Made by a program: the position numbers and the translations under genes. The notes beneath the pieces are model-generated. The model saw only the letters and a program-made list of their open reading frames with translations, made no database searches and was not told where the DNA came from. Positions 10,189 to 18,693 of a stretch of DNA of 64,000 bases are shown in pieces (the first letter of the stretch is position 1; the number at the start of each line of letters is the position of its first letter). The stretch comes from Longimicrobiales bacterium (GTDB taxonomy: Bacteria > Gemmatimonadota > Gemmatimonadetes > Longimicrobiales > Gaopeijiaceae): assembly GCA_965249725.1 (NCBI GenBank), contig OZ252251.1, positions 32,001-96,000 on the forward strand, written 5' to 3'.

Positions 10189-10917
10189 CTAGGACAGTAA
10201 CCGTTCCTTGAGTGCGAGCCCGGCCACCAGGTCGATGAGCATGTGCGCGACCATGGGTGGCCAGAGGCTACCCGTGTAGAGGAAGGCCGCACCCAGGATC
10301 AGTCCGACGACCGCCGTGCGGACCACACCGATCGCCCCCTGGTAAGCGTGGAGCACCCCAAAGCTCGCCGAGGTAACGACCAGGGCAAGTGGGGCCGATC
10401 CCGTCGCCACGACGAGCGCCGAGATCGCGTACCCTCGGTATGCCATCTCCTCGCCGAAGCCGGCACATAGGGACAGGGCTGCGAAGAGTCCCTTCTCCTT
10501 GGTCGTGACCGGCATGAGCTCGTGCACGAGCGGGGTCTCTTTACCGCCGACGGCTCTCCGGATGCTGCGAAACCCCAGCAGCGTACCGACGCCGGCCCCG
10601 AGCAGCAGTACGGTCCAAACGAGGTTGTCGCCTGAGATCGGCGCGTCGAGCCCCATGCCTGGCAATCCTACCAGGCGTCGTCCCATGAACAGTCCGAGAA
10701 TCCCCAGCAGGAGAATCGTGGACCCGGAGTTCAGATAGGCCGGAACTCTCTGGATGACGATCCCACGGGCCAGCGCCATCTGGCCCAAAGCGAGGGCGGG
10801 AAGAAGCTCCAAGAGGCCCACCAGGAAGAAAGCATCGAGCGCTCCGAGCGCAGTCACCTTCCACAAGACCAGCGCGATGACGGGATAGGCGAGAAGCCCG
10901 GCGAGCGCGATCCTCAC
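10189..10917 (-). CDS. CPBP (CAAX/Abi) family intramembrane glutamic endopeptidase
   Basis: GEEMAYRG, FGVLHAYQG, AHMLID; multiple TM segments. Confidence 0.88.
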   Translation of the reverse strand: MRIALAGLLAYPVIALVLWKVTALGALDAFFLVGLLELLPALALGQMALARGIVIQRVPAYLNSGSTILLLGILGLFMGRRLVGLPGMGLDAPISGDNLVWTVLLLGAGVGTLLGFRSIRRAVGGKETPLVHELMPVTTKEKGLFAALSLCAGFGEEMAYRGYAISALVVATGSAPLALVVTSASFGVLHAYQGAIGVVRTAVVGLILGAAFLYTGSLWPPMVAHMLIDLVAGLALKERLLS

Positions 10918-12368
10918 CCGAGCAACTCCCGTCCGAGCTCCTCCGCCCTGCGGAGCGTGCCCACCACGTCCTCCCGGGTCGATGTGTAGTTCATTACGCA
11001 GATGCGCAGTGAGTAACGTCCCCTCAGGCGTGTGGAGGAAACCATCGCATAGCCGCTCGCTACGATGCGATTCTGAATCTCGACGTTGAGCTCCTCGAGA
11101 GCGGACGCGTCCAGGCCGTGCCCGTCCGGGCTGAAGCGATAGCAGACGACCCCTAGACTCGCCGGGCTGAGAAGCTCGAGTTCCGAAGAGCTCCGCACGT
11201 AGAGCTCTGCCTCACGTGCCAGATCGATCGACCCCTGAATGGCCTCCCGGAACGCCCCCATCCCGAAGGACTTGATCGACATCCAGACCTTCAGCGCACG
11301 GAAGGACCGGGAGAGCTGCAGACCGCGCTCACCGAAGTTGACATGATCGCTGCCCATCCGAGTATCCTGGAGGTACTCGGGGCGCGTGCTGAAGGCCGAC
11401 TCGAGTACCGCGGCGTCGCGAACGAGCAGGCACCCCGTCTCATACGACTGAAACAACCACTTGTGCGGATCCAGGGTAACGCTGTCCGCGAGCTCGATTC
11501 CGTCCAAAGCGGACCGGCCCTGCTCGGTGAGCACGGCGAAGCCGCCGTACGCCGCATCGACGTGCATCCAGAGCCCCTCCTCCTCGCAGAGTCGACCTAA
11601 ATCACGAAGCGGATCCACCACCCCCGTGTTGGTCGCTCCGCCGTTCGCAGTGACCAACAGTGGGTGGCGCCCGGCCTCCCGGTCCTGTCGTATCGTCTGC
11701 CGCAGAGCGTCGAGGTCCAGTCGGTACTGATCGTCGCTCGGAACGGAACGCACGGCCTCAGACCCGAATCCTGCGATGCGGGCTGCCCGCGCGAGCGAGG
11801 AGTGCGCCTGATCCGAGTGATAAAGCACGGGGTCGGCGGGATGACCATGGCTGGCCCGAGCTGCGACCAACGCATCGAGGTTCGCCGCGGAGCCACCACT
11901 GGTGAAGACGCCGCCTGACGACTCGGGCAAGCCGAGCCAATCACGAAACCAGTCGAGCACCACCAACTCGATCTGGCTCGGGCCGGCGGACTCGAGCCAT
12001 GTCCCCTGGAACACATTGAAGCCGGTCGCCAGCATGTCCGCCAACACGGTGGGCCAAGTGGGGGAGGAGGGCACGAAGGCGAAGAAGCGGGGATGGTCGA
12101 TCCGGCCCGCGAAGTGCATGACCTCCTTCGCCGCACGTTCCATGACTTCCTGGGGGGGGGAGCCCTCCTCGGGAGCGTCCTCTCGGAACCGCGCCTCCAT
12201 CTCCTCGCGCGTGGCACCCGCCCACGCCACCTCGTCCCGCAAGGTGGCCCACCGATCCACGATGAGGTCGATGGCCGCATAGCCGAGGCGTCGCATCTCG
12301 TCGCTCTCCAGAACGAGTCCGCTCTCCTCAGGCGGCTGCTCCCGTTCGTCCATTGTTCGTTCCACCAT
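10914..12368 (-). CDS. Group II PLP-dependent amino-acid decarboxylase
   Basis: HPRFFAF, TSGGSAAN, GATNTGVVD, HVDAAYGG, LDPHKW (PLP Lys). Confidence 0.9.
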   Translation of the reverse strand: MVERTMDEREQPPEESGLVLESDEMRRLGYAAIDLIVDRWATLRDEVAWAGATREEMEARFREDAPEEGSPPQEVMERAAKEVMHFAGRIDHPRFFAFVPSSPTWPTVLADMLATGFNVFQGTWLESAGPSQIELVVLDWFRDWLGLPESSGGVFTSGGSAANLDALVAARASHGHPADPVLYHSDQAHSSLARAARIAGFGSEAVRSVPSDDQYRLDLDALRQTIRQDREAGRHPLLVTANGGATNTGVVDPLRDLGRLCEEEGLWMHVDAAYGGFAVLTEQGRSALDGIELADSVTLDPHKWLFQSYETGCLLVRDAAVLESAFSTRPEYLQDTRMGSDHVNFGERGLQLSRSFRALKVWMSIKSFGMGAFREAIQGSIDLAREAELYVRSSSELELLSPASLGVVCYRFSPDGHGLDASALEELNVEIQNRIVASGYAMVSSTRLRGRYSLRICVMNYTSTREDVVGTLRRAEELGRELLG

Positions 12369-12423
12369 GCCTCGCTAGCGTATGACATCCTGCTCGAACA
12401 TCCACCCCACCACCGGAAGGCAT

Positions 12424-12750
12424 ATGGCGACCGTCACCCAAGAGCACAAGGCGGTTTTCCGCGTCTTGGATGCGATGGACGCCCCACACGGGGGCCGTCT
12501 GCTCAAGCTCCGTTTCCAATCCGGCGAAGCTCCCCGGACCCGTGAACTCAAGGGCGCGACGTTTCGGGCTGACTCACCCGACGGCCAGAGGTCGTGTCGG
12601 ATTCGTGTGGACGGTTTCGCGTTGTTCGGTGGCCGGCCTTCAGACGATCGAATCCACCGTACCGGACGCGTGGACGTTCACGTCTCGGCCGTGGAGGGTG
12701 ATGCAGGCGCCATCAGCCTCAAGTGGGAGGTCTCGGGGCCCCTTCCCTAG
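12424..12750 (+). CDS. Hypothetical protein
   Basis: Part of ORF 12382..12750; ATG 12424 follows GGAAGG. Confidence 0.6.
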   Translation: MATVTQEHKAVFRVLDAMDAPHGGRLLKLRFQSGEAPRTRELKGATFRADSPDGQRSCRIRVDGFALFGGRPSDDRIHRTGRVDVHVSAVEGDAGAISLKWEVSGPLP

Positions 12751-12803
12751 GGGCGGTTGTAGGGGCGTTGTAGGAGCGTTGTAGGGGCGTTGTAGGGGCG
12801 TCG
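12748..12803. repeat. 11-bp tandem repeat TAGGGGCGTTG x5 (degenerate), starting at the stop codon
   Basis: Read directly from the sequence. Confidence 0.85.
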
Positions 12804-12826
12804 CTTGAAAGGACCCGGGCGCGGTG

Positions 12827-13576
12827 CTATCGGAGCCCCGGAGGCTCCCGCTCGAACGTCTCCAGGAACCACCGGCGGTACTCCTCCTGCTGTCCCGGAT
12901 TGGCATTCAGCCAGGCGGTCCTCTCGTCCTCGAACTCGTCGGGACGTGAGGTGAGGATGAGCGCCTCCAAGAAGCCGTTCTCCCGCGCATACATGAGCTC
13001 ATCCAGGGGCCCGTAGGGCGTCATGTCGAAAAGCGCCCTGCCGTACAACCACGCGTCGGCGACTCGGGTCAGAATCGCCTTCTCGAGCTCATATCCCTCG
13101 GCCTCCTCCGCCTCCGGAAGGAACTCGTCGAGCCTCTCCATCTTCTTCATGAGATGGTAGTGGCCGTAGAAGGCCATGATCGAGCCCGACTCCGGGGCCA
13201 CCGAAGGTACCATGACGTAGGCGGTGTCCTCGCTGATGGTCAGGCCATCCCAAGGATAAGTCTCGACCGGCGTGGGACGCTCGACGATCCAGAAGGACGG
13301 ATCGAGCGTGATGTTCTCCTGCTGGTCCCTCACCCAGAGGTCGATCTGGGACAGTCGAGCCTGGTCGGCCTGCAGCCTGGCACCGGACCGGACGATGAGA
13401 GAGCGGGGAGCGGGAAGAGGTGCTACGGTCGTGCAAGCACCCACGATCAGGAGGGCCACGGAGGACCAACGTCGCGCAGAGAGCCCCTGAAGACGCCGCA
13501 GCGGGTTACGACTAGGGTGTTCAAACGTCATAGCAGATCTAACTCCCAGCACCTTGGGTCCGAAAATGCTTGACAC
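12827..13576 (-). CDS. Hypothetical lipoprotein (true start probably downstream of 13576)
   Basis: Hydrophobic stretch ending VGAC (lipobox-like). Confidence 0.65.
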   Translation of the reverse strand: MSSIFGPKVLGVRSAMTFEHPSRNPLRRLQGLSARRWSSVALLIVGACTTVAPLPAPRSLIVRSGARLQADQARLSQIDLWVRDQQENITLDPSFWIVERPTPVETYPWDGLTISEDTAYVMVPSVAPESGSIMAFYGHYHLMKKMERLDEFLPEAEEAEGYELEKAILTRVADAWLYGRALFDMTPYGPLDELMYARENGFLEALILTSRPDEFEDERTAWLNANPGQQEEYRRWFLETFEREPPGLR

Positions 13577-13651
13577 CCCAACATCGCGGAGCGGAATTGG
13601 GGGTCCAAACAGAATTATCTAGATGTCATATACGACACGATAGTAGGAAAA

Positions 13652-14203
13652 ATGACCGAGGCCACCCGGGAGTTCCATGCTCCCCAGACGATAACACCTG
13701 AGAACCTCGGTGACGACCTCGCCCGGCTGGTTTGGGAGAGCTTCACCGATTTCGTCTCGGAAGGCGAAAGCGAGTCCGCGCTTAGTGGCTTGGGTTTGGT
13801 CGATCTCGAAGGCGAGCCCGATCAGCGCGCGGTCGAAGAGGCACTCATCTTCGTCATGTGGGCCCACACGAGAGGGGCTCAGCAGGCCTTCGTCGGGCGG
13901 GCACCGGCCGACTTGCTGAAGGGAACCCTCGACGCCCTGCATTCTGCAGTCTTCGAGGACATGGTGGAAAACGGGACCCCAGAGGCCCAACTCCCCTTCT
14001 TCGAGCAGAGAGTGGGCGCTCGCTACGCGGAGTATCACGCAGCGGCAGCCGACTCCGACACGCACCTGGGCGAGGCCGTCGTGCAATACCTGACGGGGGA
14101 CCCCAAACCTCAGGCCCACCTGACGCTGGCTATCACCGAGCGGGCCGTCGAGGTCGCGGGTCCGTTGCGCGATTATCTGGAGGACATCGAACTCGTTCCC
14201 TGA
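13652..14203 (+). CDS. Hypothetical protein
   Basis: 183-aa ORF with an AGGA RBS and an AT-rich upstream region. Confidence 0.7.
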   Translation: MTEATREFHAPQTITPENLGDDLARLVWESFTDFVSEGESESALSGLGLVDLEGEPDQRAVEEALIFVMWAHTRGAQQAFVGRAPADLLKGTLDALHSAVFEDMVENGTPEAQLPFFEQRVGARYAEYHAAAADSDTHLGEAVVQYLTGDPKPQAHLTLAITERAVEVAGPLRDYLEDIELVP

Positions 14204-14206
14204 GTT

Positions 14207-14287
14207 CTATTCTTCCGAAGGCCCCTGGTCGATCCGGTCGTTCATCCTCCGTCGGAACTCCTCGAAGACCTCGATTCGATCACTCAC
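14207..14287 (-). pseudogene. 26-codon remnant, probably of a carboxymuconolactone decarboxylase/AhpD-family gene
   Basis: GTG start with AGGAG RBS: MSDRIEVFEEFRRRMNDRI|DQGPSEE*. The first 19 aa resemble the F..fR.RMNe.I N-terminus of ~110-aa CMD-family proteins (recalled, not searched). Confidence 0.55.
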
Positions 14288-14492
14288 CGCGCACCGGCTC
14301 CTCTTCTTGGGAACTCCCCTTCCACTTCATGATCTCGAAAGGACTACGGCAGTCCAGACACCAGTAGGTGGAGACCGAGAGCTGGGAACCGAACGGATTC
14401 ACCAACTCCGTTCGGGTCCCCTCACAAAAGGGACACGAAGGCGACGCGGGCAATCCTCCCGGTCGGGGATTCGCCTCCCGAATCTCCTTCAT
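14280..14492 (-). CDS. Stand-alone PaaD-type zinc-ribbon protein
   Basis: CPFCEGTRTELVNPFGS...YWCLDCRSPFE matches the PaaD C-terminal CPxC...FGS...CxxCxEPF domain. Confidence 0.8.
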   Translation of the reverse strand: MKEIREANPRPGGLPASPSCPFCEGTRTELVNPFGSQLSVSTYWCLDCRSPFEIMKWKGSSQEEEPVRGE

Positions 14493-15286
14493 TCGACGAG
14501 AAGCATACGGTTGAGATCACCTCGCGCCCGCGACACGGACTCCTCGTCGGGGCAGCCGGGTCCCCTACCCCGTTCGGAGTCCCACCCCTCGCGATCGGGC
14601 TCCACGGACTCAACGTCGACTCCGACCAGCGAGAGCACCTCTCCGAAACGCTCGGCGTAGCGGGTGCGCAGCACCCCTCCGTCGGGAACCAGTCCAGAGC
14701 CGGCCTGAGCCTGGCCCACCTCGTCGTCGGGCGTCAGCCAGGCCAATGTCCGCGCGAGCATGGACTCCACGGCCTCCCGTAGCCTGGATCGTCCCCCGTC
14801 CGTCCCGGCCAGCTTTCGGAACCAGGCGACTCCGAGGTCGTGATGGAACGTCTCTTCGGCGAGCATCTTGGGGATGCGTGAACGGGTCGGTTCATAGACT
14901 CCTTCCGAGAAGCCCTCTAGGGCCACAGACAGTGCACCGTCAACGACCACGCAGGCCGCGACGACGTCCGCCCAATCCGCCAGGGGCGCATCCAGGGCAT
15001 CGGGATTCGCGTACTCCTCCGCTTTCCGTTCATGCTCCACGACCACCGGGTCCATGCCGAAGTCCTTGAGCATCGCGTACAGAAGGCGGGCATGTCCCCA
15101 CTCGTCTTGGGCCATGGAGGACGCAGCGATACCCGTCTCGATCGACGGTGCACCGAGAAGCCAATCGGAGTACCGGATGCCCATGAGCCGCTTTCCGTCG
15201 GCCAGGGAGAGAATCGCCCTACGGAGTCCCTCTCGGGCAGCCGGCTCCATATCCTGAACGCTCTTGAACGTCGTCTCGGCGCTCAC
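14489..15286 (-). CDS. paaC: PaaC-like ferritin-fold epoxidase structural subunit
   Basis: YSDWLLGAPSIETGIA..MAQDEWGHAR, EETFH; GTG start at 15286. Confidence 0.75.
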   Translation of the reverse strand: MSAETTFKSVQDMEPAAREGLRRAILSLADGKRLMGIRYSDWLLGAPSIETGIAASSMAQDEWGHARLLYAMLKDFGMDPVVVEHERKAEEYANPDALDAPLADWADVVAACVVVDGALSVALEGFSEGVYEPTRSRIPKMLAEETFHHDLGVAWFRKLAGTDGGRSRLREAVESMLARTLAWLTPDDEVGQAQAGSGLVPDGGVLRTRYAERFGEVLSLVGVDVESVEPDREGWDSERGRGPGCPDEESVSRARGDLNRMLLVE

Positions 15287-15504
15287 TGGGGACTCCCCCC
15301 CGTTGCGAACGGACCATCCGTCCGATTCACCGGGATGATGGCCGAGCGCGGGACCACACACATCTCGAACCACCGTTCCTCGTCGTAGGTCTTCCACGCA
15401 TAGACACGCGCCATCTCGTCGTCGAGCGCGTTCAAGTACCCGACGTGGCGGAGCGGCTCCCCGCGCTCCTTCCGGGCGAATACATCGTAGAGTGCCTCGT
15501 CCAT
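15283..15504 (-). CDS. paaB: PaaB-like small subunit
   Basis: YDVFAR...HVGYLNALDDEMA...VVPRSAI. Confidence 0.75.
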   Translation of the reverse strand: MDEALYDVFARKERGEPLRHVGYLNALDDEMARVYAWKTYDEERWFEMCVVPRSAIIPVNRTDGPFATGGSPQ

Positions 15505-15524
15505 TCGATCGGTCCTCTTCTCGT

Positions 15525-15959
15525 CTATCCCACACCCACGCCGAGACGGCGGAGCTTCTCGCGGCCCTCGGTCGTAATGCGGTCGTTGGTCCAAGGCGGA
15601 GACCACACCTCGAGGATCTCCACTTCGTCTATCCAGCTCTCCTGCAGAAGCCGGTCAGAAATGTCCTCACGTATGAACGCCATGCACGGACACGCCGTCG
15701 CCGTGAACGTGAGCTCGATCCGCGCGACGCCAGCCGCCCAGTCGACCCCGTAGATGAGGCCGAGCTCGACGAGGCTGATGGGAATCTCCGGATCCAGCAC
15801 TTCACCCAGGGCCCACCAGCTTGCCTCCGTCGGATCCGACGGCCGGACGGGTAGAGGCTCGGACCACAGGTCCCGACCTCCGCTCACATGAGATGCCGTG
15901 GCGGCAGCCGCCGCGATGACGTCCGGCAGCTTCCGGGAAGTCAGGACGGGAATCTTCAT
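15525..15959 (-). CDS. paaD: PaaD-like DUF59/MIP18 metal-sulfur cluster assembly protein without the zinc ribbon
   Basis: LGEVLDPEIPISLVELGLIY, TATACPC, WSPPWTNDRITTEGREKLR. Confidence 0.8.
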   Translation of the reverse strand: MKIPVLTSRKLPDVIAAAAATASHVSGGRDLWSEPLPVRPSDPTEASWWALGEVLDPEIPISLVELGLIYGVDWAAGVARIELTFTATACPCMAFIREDISDRLLQESWIDEVEILEVWSPPWTNDRITTEGREKLRRLGVGVG

Positions 15960-16900
15960 GCCGCGTCCAACCATGCTCCTACCTGGCCCCGCGAGCGCCT
16001 GAAGGACTCCACGTAGATCTCGTTCATGGGACCGCGGGCCTTCCAGCGCTCGAACACGGTCTCCCACGTGATCTCCCCGTCGTCGAAGAACCAACGCTTC
16101 TCCGAAGCGTCATAATGACACGGGAACGGATAGTCCTGGACGTACGTCTGGCTCGCCTCGTCGTAGTGCGCCGGAATGTCGAGGCCCAGTCTTTCGCAGA
16201 GGGGGACCGTAGAAGCCATCCAGACCTGCCTGAGCTGATCGTTGGTGAGTCCCTTCAACTTGTAGTCGAGCTGGCCACTGTGCCGCTTGCGGTCGTCGGG
16301 AAGCCCGAACCACTCCAATGTCATGGGGAACATCCAGTCTACGGCCCTCTGCACCATGTCCCGTGCCTCCCCACCGGCCTCCGCCAGGCGCTTCATCCAC
16401 ACCTCACCGTGCCTCAGATGGAAGTTCTCTTCCATCCCAATCTTGACGAGAGCGCGCTTGAGGGGCCCGTACGACGTGTTCTCGTGAACGTCGGAGAGAA
16501 GCGTGATCCCGGCTCGATCGAAGAACCCGGTCGCCACGACCAACTCCGCCCAGTTGTCCAGCGGCTGGTCGAAACCGTACGGGTGTTTGAACTCGTGCGG
16601 CTCGCGTCCGTAGACCAGGTATTCCTTGGACTCACCCAGGTCCTCGAGAAGGCGATACGCGATATTCGCATGTGCCAACTCATCCTGAATGATGGCATGA
16701 GCGCTCACCTGCGTGTTGGCGGAGGGCGCATGCCGGGCGGCCATCCAGTAGGCCGGAGCACTCATCAACTCCGTATCGGCCTGCACGGTGAGCTGGACCA
16801 CCAGGGACTTCCTGTATCCCTCGGTCATCTCCTCGACGGACTCCACGATGTATCCGTCATGGACCTTGGCCTTCAGCTCTTCGTCCGTGAAAGGTGCCAT
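15956..16900 (-). CDS. paaA: PaaA-like di-iron aryl-CoA epoxidase catalytic subunit (divergent)
   Basis: VESVEEMTEGYRKSL, DTE, QDELAH, SYGPLKRAL, EENFH, FGLPD, TNDQLRQ. Confidence 0.8.
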   Translation of the reverse strand: MAPFTDEELKAKVHDGYIVESVEEMTEGYRKSLVVQLTVQADTELMSAPAYWMAARHAPSANTQVSAHAIIQDELAHANIAYRLLEDLGESKEYLVYGREPHEFKHPYGFDQPLDNWAELVVATGFFDRAGITLLSDVHENTSYGPLKRALVKIGMEENFHLRHGEVWMKRLAEAGGEARDMVQRAVDWMFPMTLEWFGLPDDRKRHSGQLDYKLKGLTNDQLRQVWMASTVPLCERLGLDIPAHYDEASQTYVQDYPFPCHYDASEKRWFFDDGEITWETVFERWKARGPMNEIYVESFRRSRGQVGAWLDAA

Positions 16901-16959
16901 GCTCACTGCTCGTCCTCTCTGAGGGTTTGCGGGCCTACGAGCTCCTCTTACTCCAACGT

Positions 16960-16977
16960 TTCGAACGATCGTTCGAA
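16960..16977. promoter_or_regulatory. Perfect 18-bp palindrome TTCGAACGATCGTTCGAA, probable PaaR (TetR-family) operator
   Basis: Lies about 60 bp upstream of paaA and just downstream of a minus-strand TAGACT -10-like hexamer. The core CGAACGATCGTTCG fits the CNAACGNNCGTTNG consensus recalled for Thermus PaaR. Confidence 0.7.
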
Positions 16978-17028
16978 CGACAGTCTATACGGCTTCGCAC
17001 ACTGCATCCAGTACTTCGGAAGTTCGGT

Positions 17029-17328
17029 TCAGAGCCCCAGGGAGGACCGGATCAGCGGTGCGATGCGTTCCGGAGTCCAAGGCGGGTCGAACGTGAGGTC
17101 TACCTCACAACTCTCCACCCCGTCCACCTCCTCCACGGCAGCCTTGGCGTCGAGCACGATCTGATCGGCGACGGGACACATCGGCGATGTCAGCGACATG
17201 ACGATGTGCACATCCGCATCGGCGAGTTCGATGTCGTACACCAACCCCAGAACCACCAAATCGAGATCCAGCTCCGGGTCCTTGACTGTCTTCAGCGCGT
17301 TGCGGACATCCTTCTCTGTAACGGCCAT
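17029..17328 (-). CDS. DUF59/SufT-like metal-sulfur cluster assembly factor
   Basis: LKTVKDPELDLDLVVLGLVY, LTSPMCP, FDPPWTPERI. Confidence 0.88.
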   Translation of the reverse strand: MAVTEKDVRNALKTVKDPELDLDLVVLGLVYDIELADADVHIVMSLTSPMCPVADQIVLDAKAAVEEVDGVESCEVDLTFDPPWTPERIAPLIRSSLGL

Positions 17329-17338
17329 TTAGGGGCCT

Positions 17339-18517
17339 CTAGTGCTTTCTCATGAACAGGACTGTGATCTCCTCGGCGTTGTCGCCCTGGAGCTTACGAA
17401 TTGCCTTGTGCACGGTGGCGACGACCTCTCCCGCCGGCTTCTGCTGGAGGGTGGAGACCAGGTCGGCCGCCCCTCTGAACAGGCCCGTCGAGGCGGTCGA
17501 GAGAACGATCACCATGTCGCCGGTGCCGATCTGATACTCCTGCGTCCCGTACTGGAAGCCCTCAAGCATGCCGAGCGGCGGCCCGTGGGAGGGGAACTCG
17601 TCCAGAGTGCCCTCCCTCCGAATCACCGCGCCCTGGACACCACCGGCCCCGGACCAGACCACCGAACCGTCACCGGGCACGAGGAGTCCGGCCGCCACGG
17701 TCTGATCGACACCTGGCGTCTCGTTGTGTGCCAACCCGTCGTTGACCCTCGCAAGAAGGGACTCCGCTCCCTGCCCAGTGCGAGCGTACTCGTTGAGGAA
17801 GGCCCTGGCGAGAGCCAGCTGGTGCGCCGGGGGTAGCCCGTCGCCATGCACCGTCATGGCCATCAATCCCACCCCTCCGCCCGAAAGACGCACGGTTTCC
17901 CAGGCGGTCCGCCCGGCACCCGAGTCCTCCAGCATCGTGCCCGCGGCGATGTCGAATCCGTCGGCGGTCGGTGCGCTGCGCGGTATGATGGATCGCTGCA
18001 GCGCCCGATTGGCGTCCTCGCCCCCGCCACTCTCCGCCACCGTAGTCGGAACGCCCCGTTCCAGGTTGGCGAATCGGACACCCAAGGCCCGCAGCGCCTT
18101 CGACAGCACCTGCAACATGCGCATCGAGAGGCTATCACCACCGACGAGCGTCTCGAAGTCGTCGCGGGAGAGGGTCAGCAGGAGACTCTCCTCCAGAGCC
18201 TTCGCGGTAGCCGACTGGGACGCATCGTTCAGAAGCGCCATCTCCCCGAACGCCTCTCCCGCCCTGCGGACTGCGAGCTTCTCAGATCCGTCCCCCTGGA
18301 TGCTCTTCGAGATCTCGACGGCACCCTTCGACACGACGTAGAAGCAATCGCCCGGCTCCCCTTCTTCGCGGAGCACGTCACCATCCTGCGCTGTCAGACC
18401 GTTGACGACCTCGCTGACCCCGCGAAGCTCGTCGTCCGGCAGTCCCTGGAACAGGTCGACGTGCCGGAGCTTTTCGATCACCTCGTCCGGCGACAGGTCA
18501 CGGGGTTCAACGGCCAC
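17339..18517 (-). CDS. cNMP-binding domain fused to a degenerate SpoIIE/PP2C domain
   Basis: EGEPGDCFYVV..G.V, GEAFGEMALL; the C-terminal SpoIIE-like part (LQRSIIP, GPPLG, GDMVIV) lacks the catalytic Asp motifs. Confidence 0.8.
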   Translation of the reverse strand: MAVEPRDLSPDEVIEKLRHVDLFQGLPDDELRGVSEVVNGLTAQDGDVLREEGEPGDCFYVVSKGAVEISKSIQGDGSEKLAVRRAGEAFGEMALLNDASQSATAKALEESLLLTLSRDDFETLVGGDSLSMRMLQVLSKALRALGVRFANLERGVPTTVAESGGGEDANRALQRSIIPRSAPTADGFDIAAGTMLEDSGAGRTAWETVRLSGGGVGLMAMTVHGDGLPPAHQLALARAFLNEYARTGQGAESLLARVNDGLAHNETPGVDQTVAAGLLVPGDGSVVWSGAGGVQGAVIRREGTLDEFPSHGPPLGMLEGFQYGTQEYQIGTGDMVIVLSTASTGLFRGAADLVSTLQQKPAGEVVATVHKAIRKLQGDNAEEITVLFMRKH

Positions 18518-18693
18518 TCAAAGCGCTCCTGATAGGTGGAAATGAGGGGCTGAAACATACCTCCGGTCGGAAGGACGGGAAAAGGGCCGTCCTTGCTCGG
18601 AGCATTTTCGCTTGCAACAAGCGGCGGGGCTTTGAAGATTTGAAGCAGGGCGAATGACGCCCCCACTCGATTGCCGAAGGAAGAGGTCCCCCC

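Noticed and set aside
12748..12803. Short repeats (also at 5468, 44996 and 47421) as a CRISPR array
   Set aside because: The units are 11-17 bp, contiguous and without spacers, and no cas genes are present.
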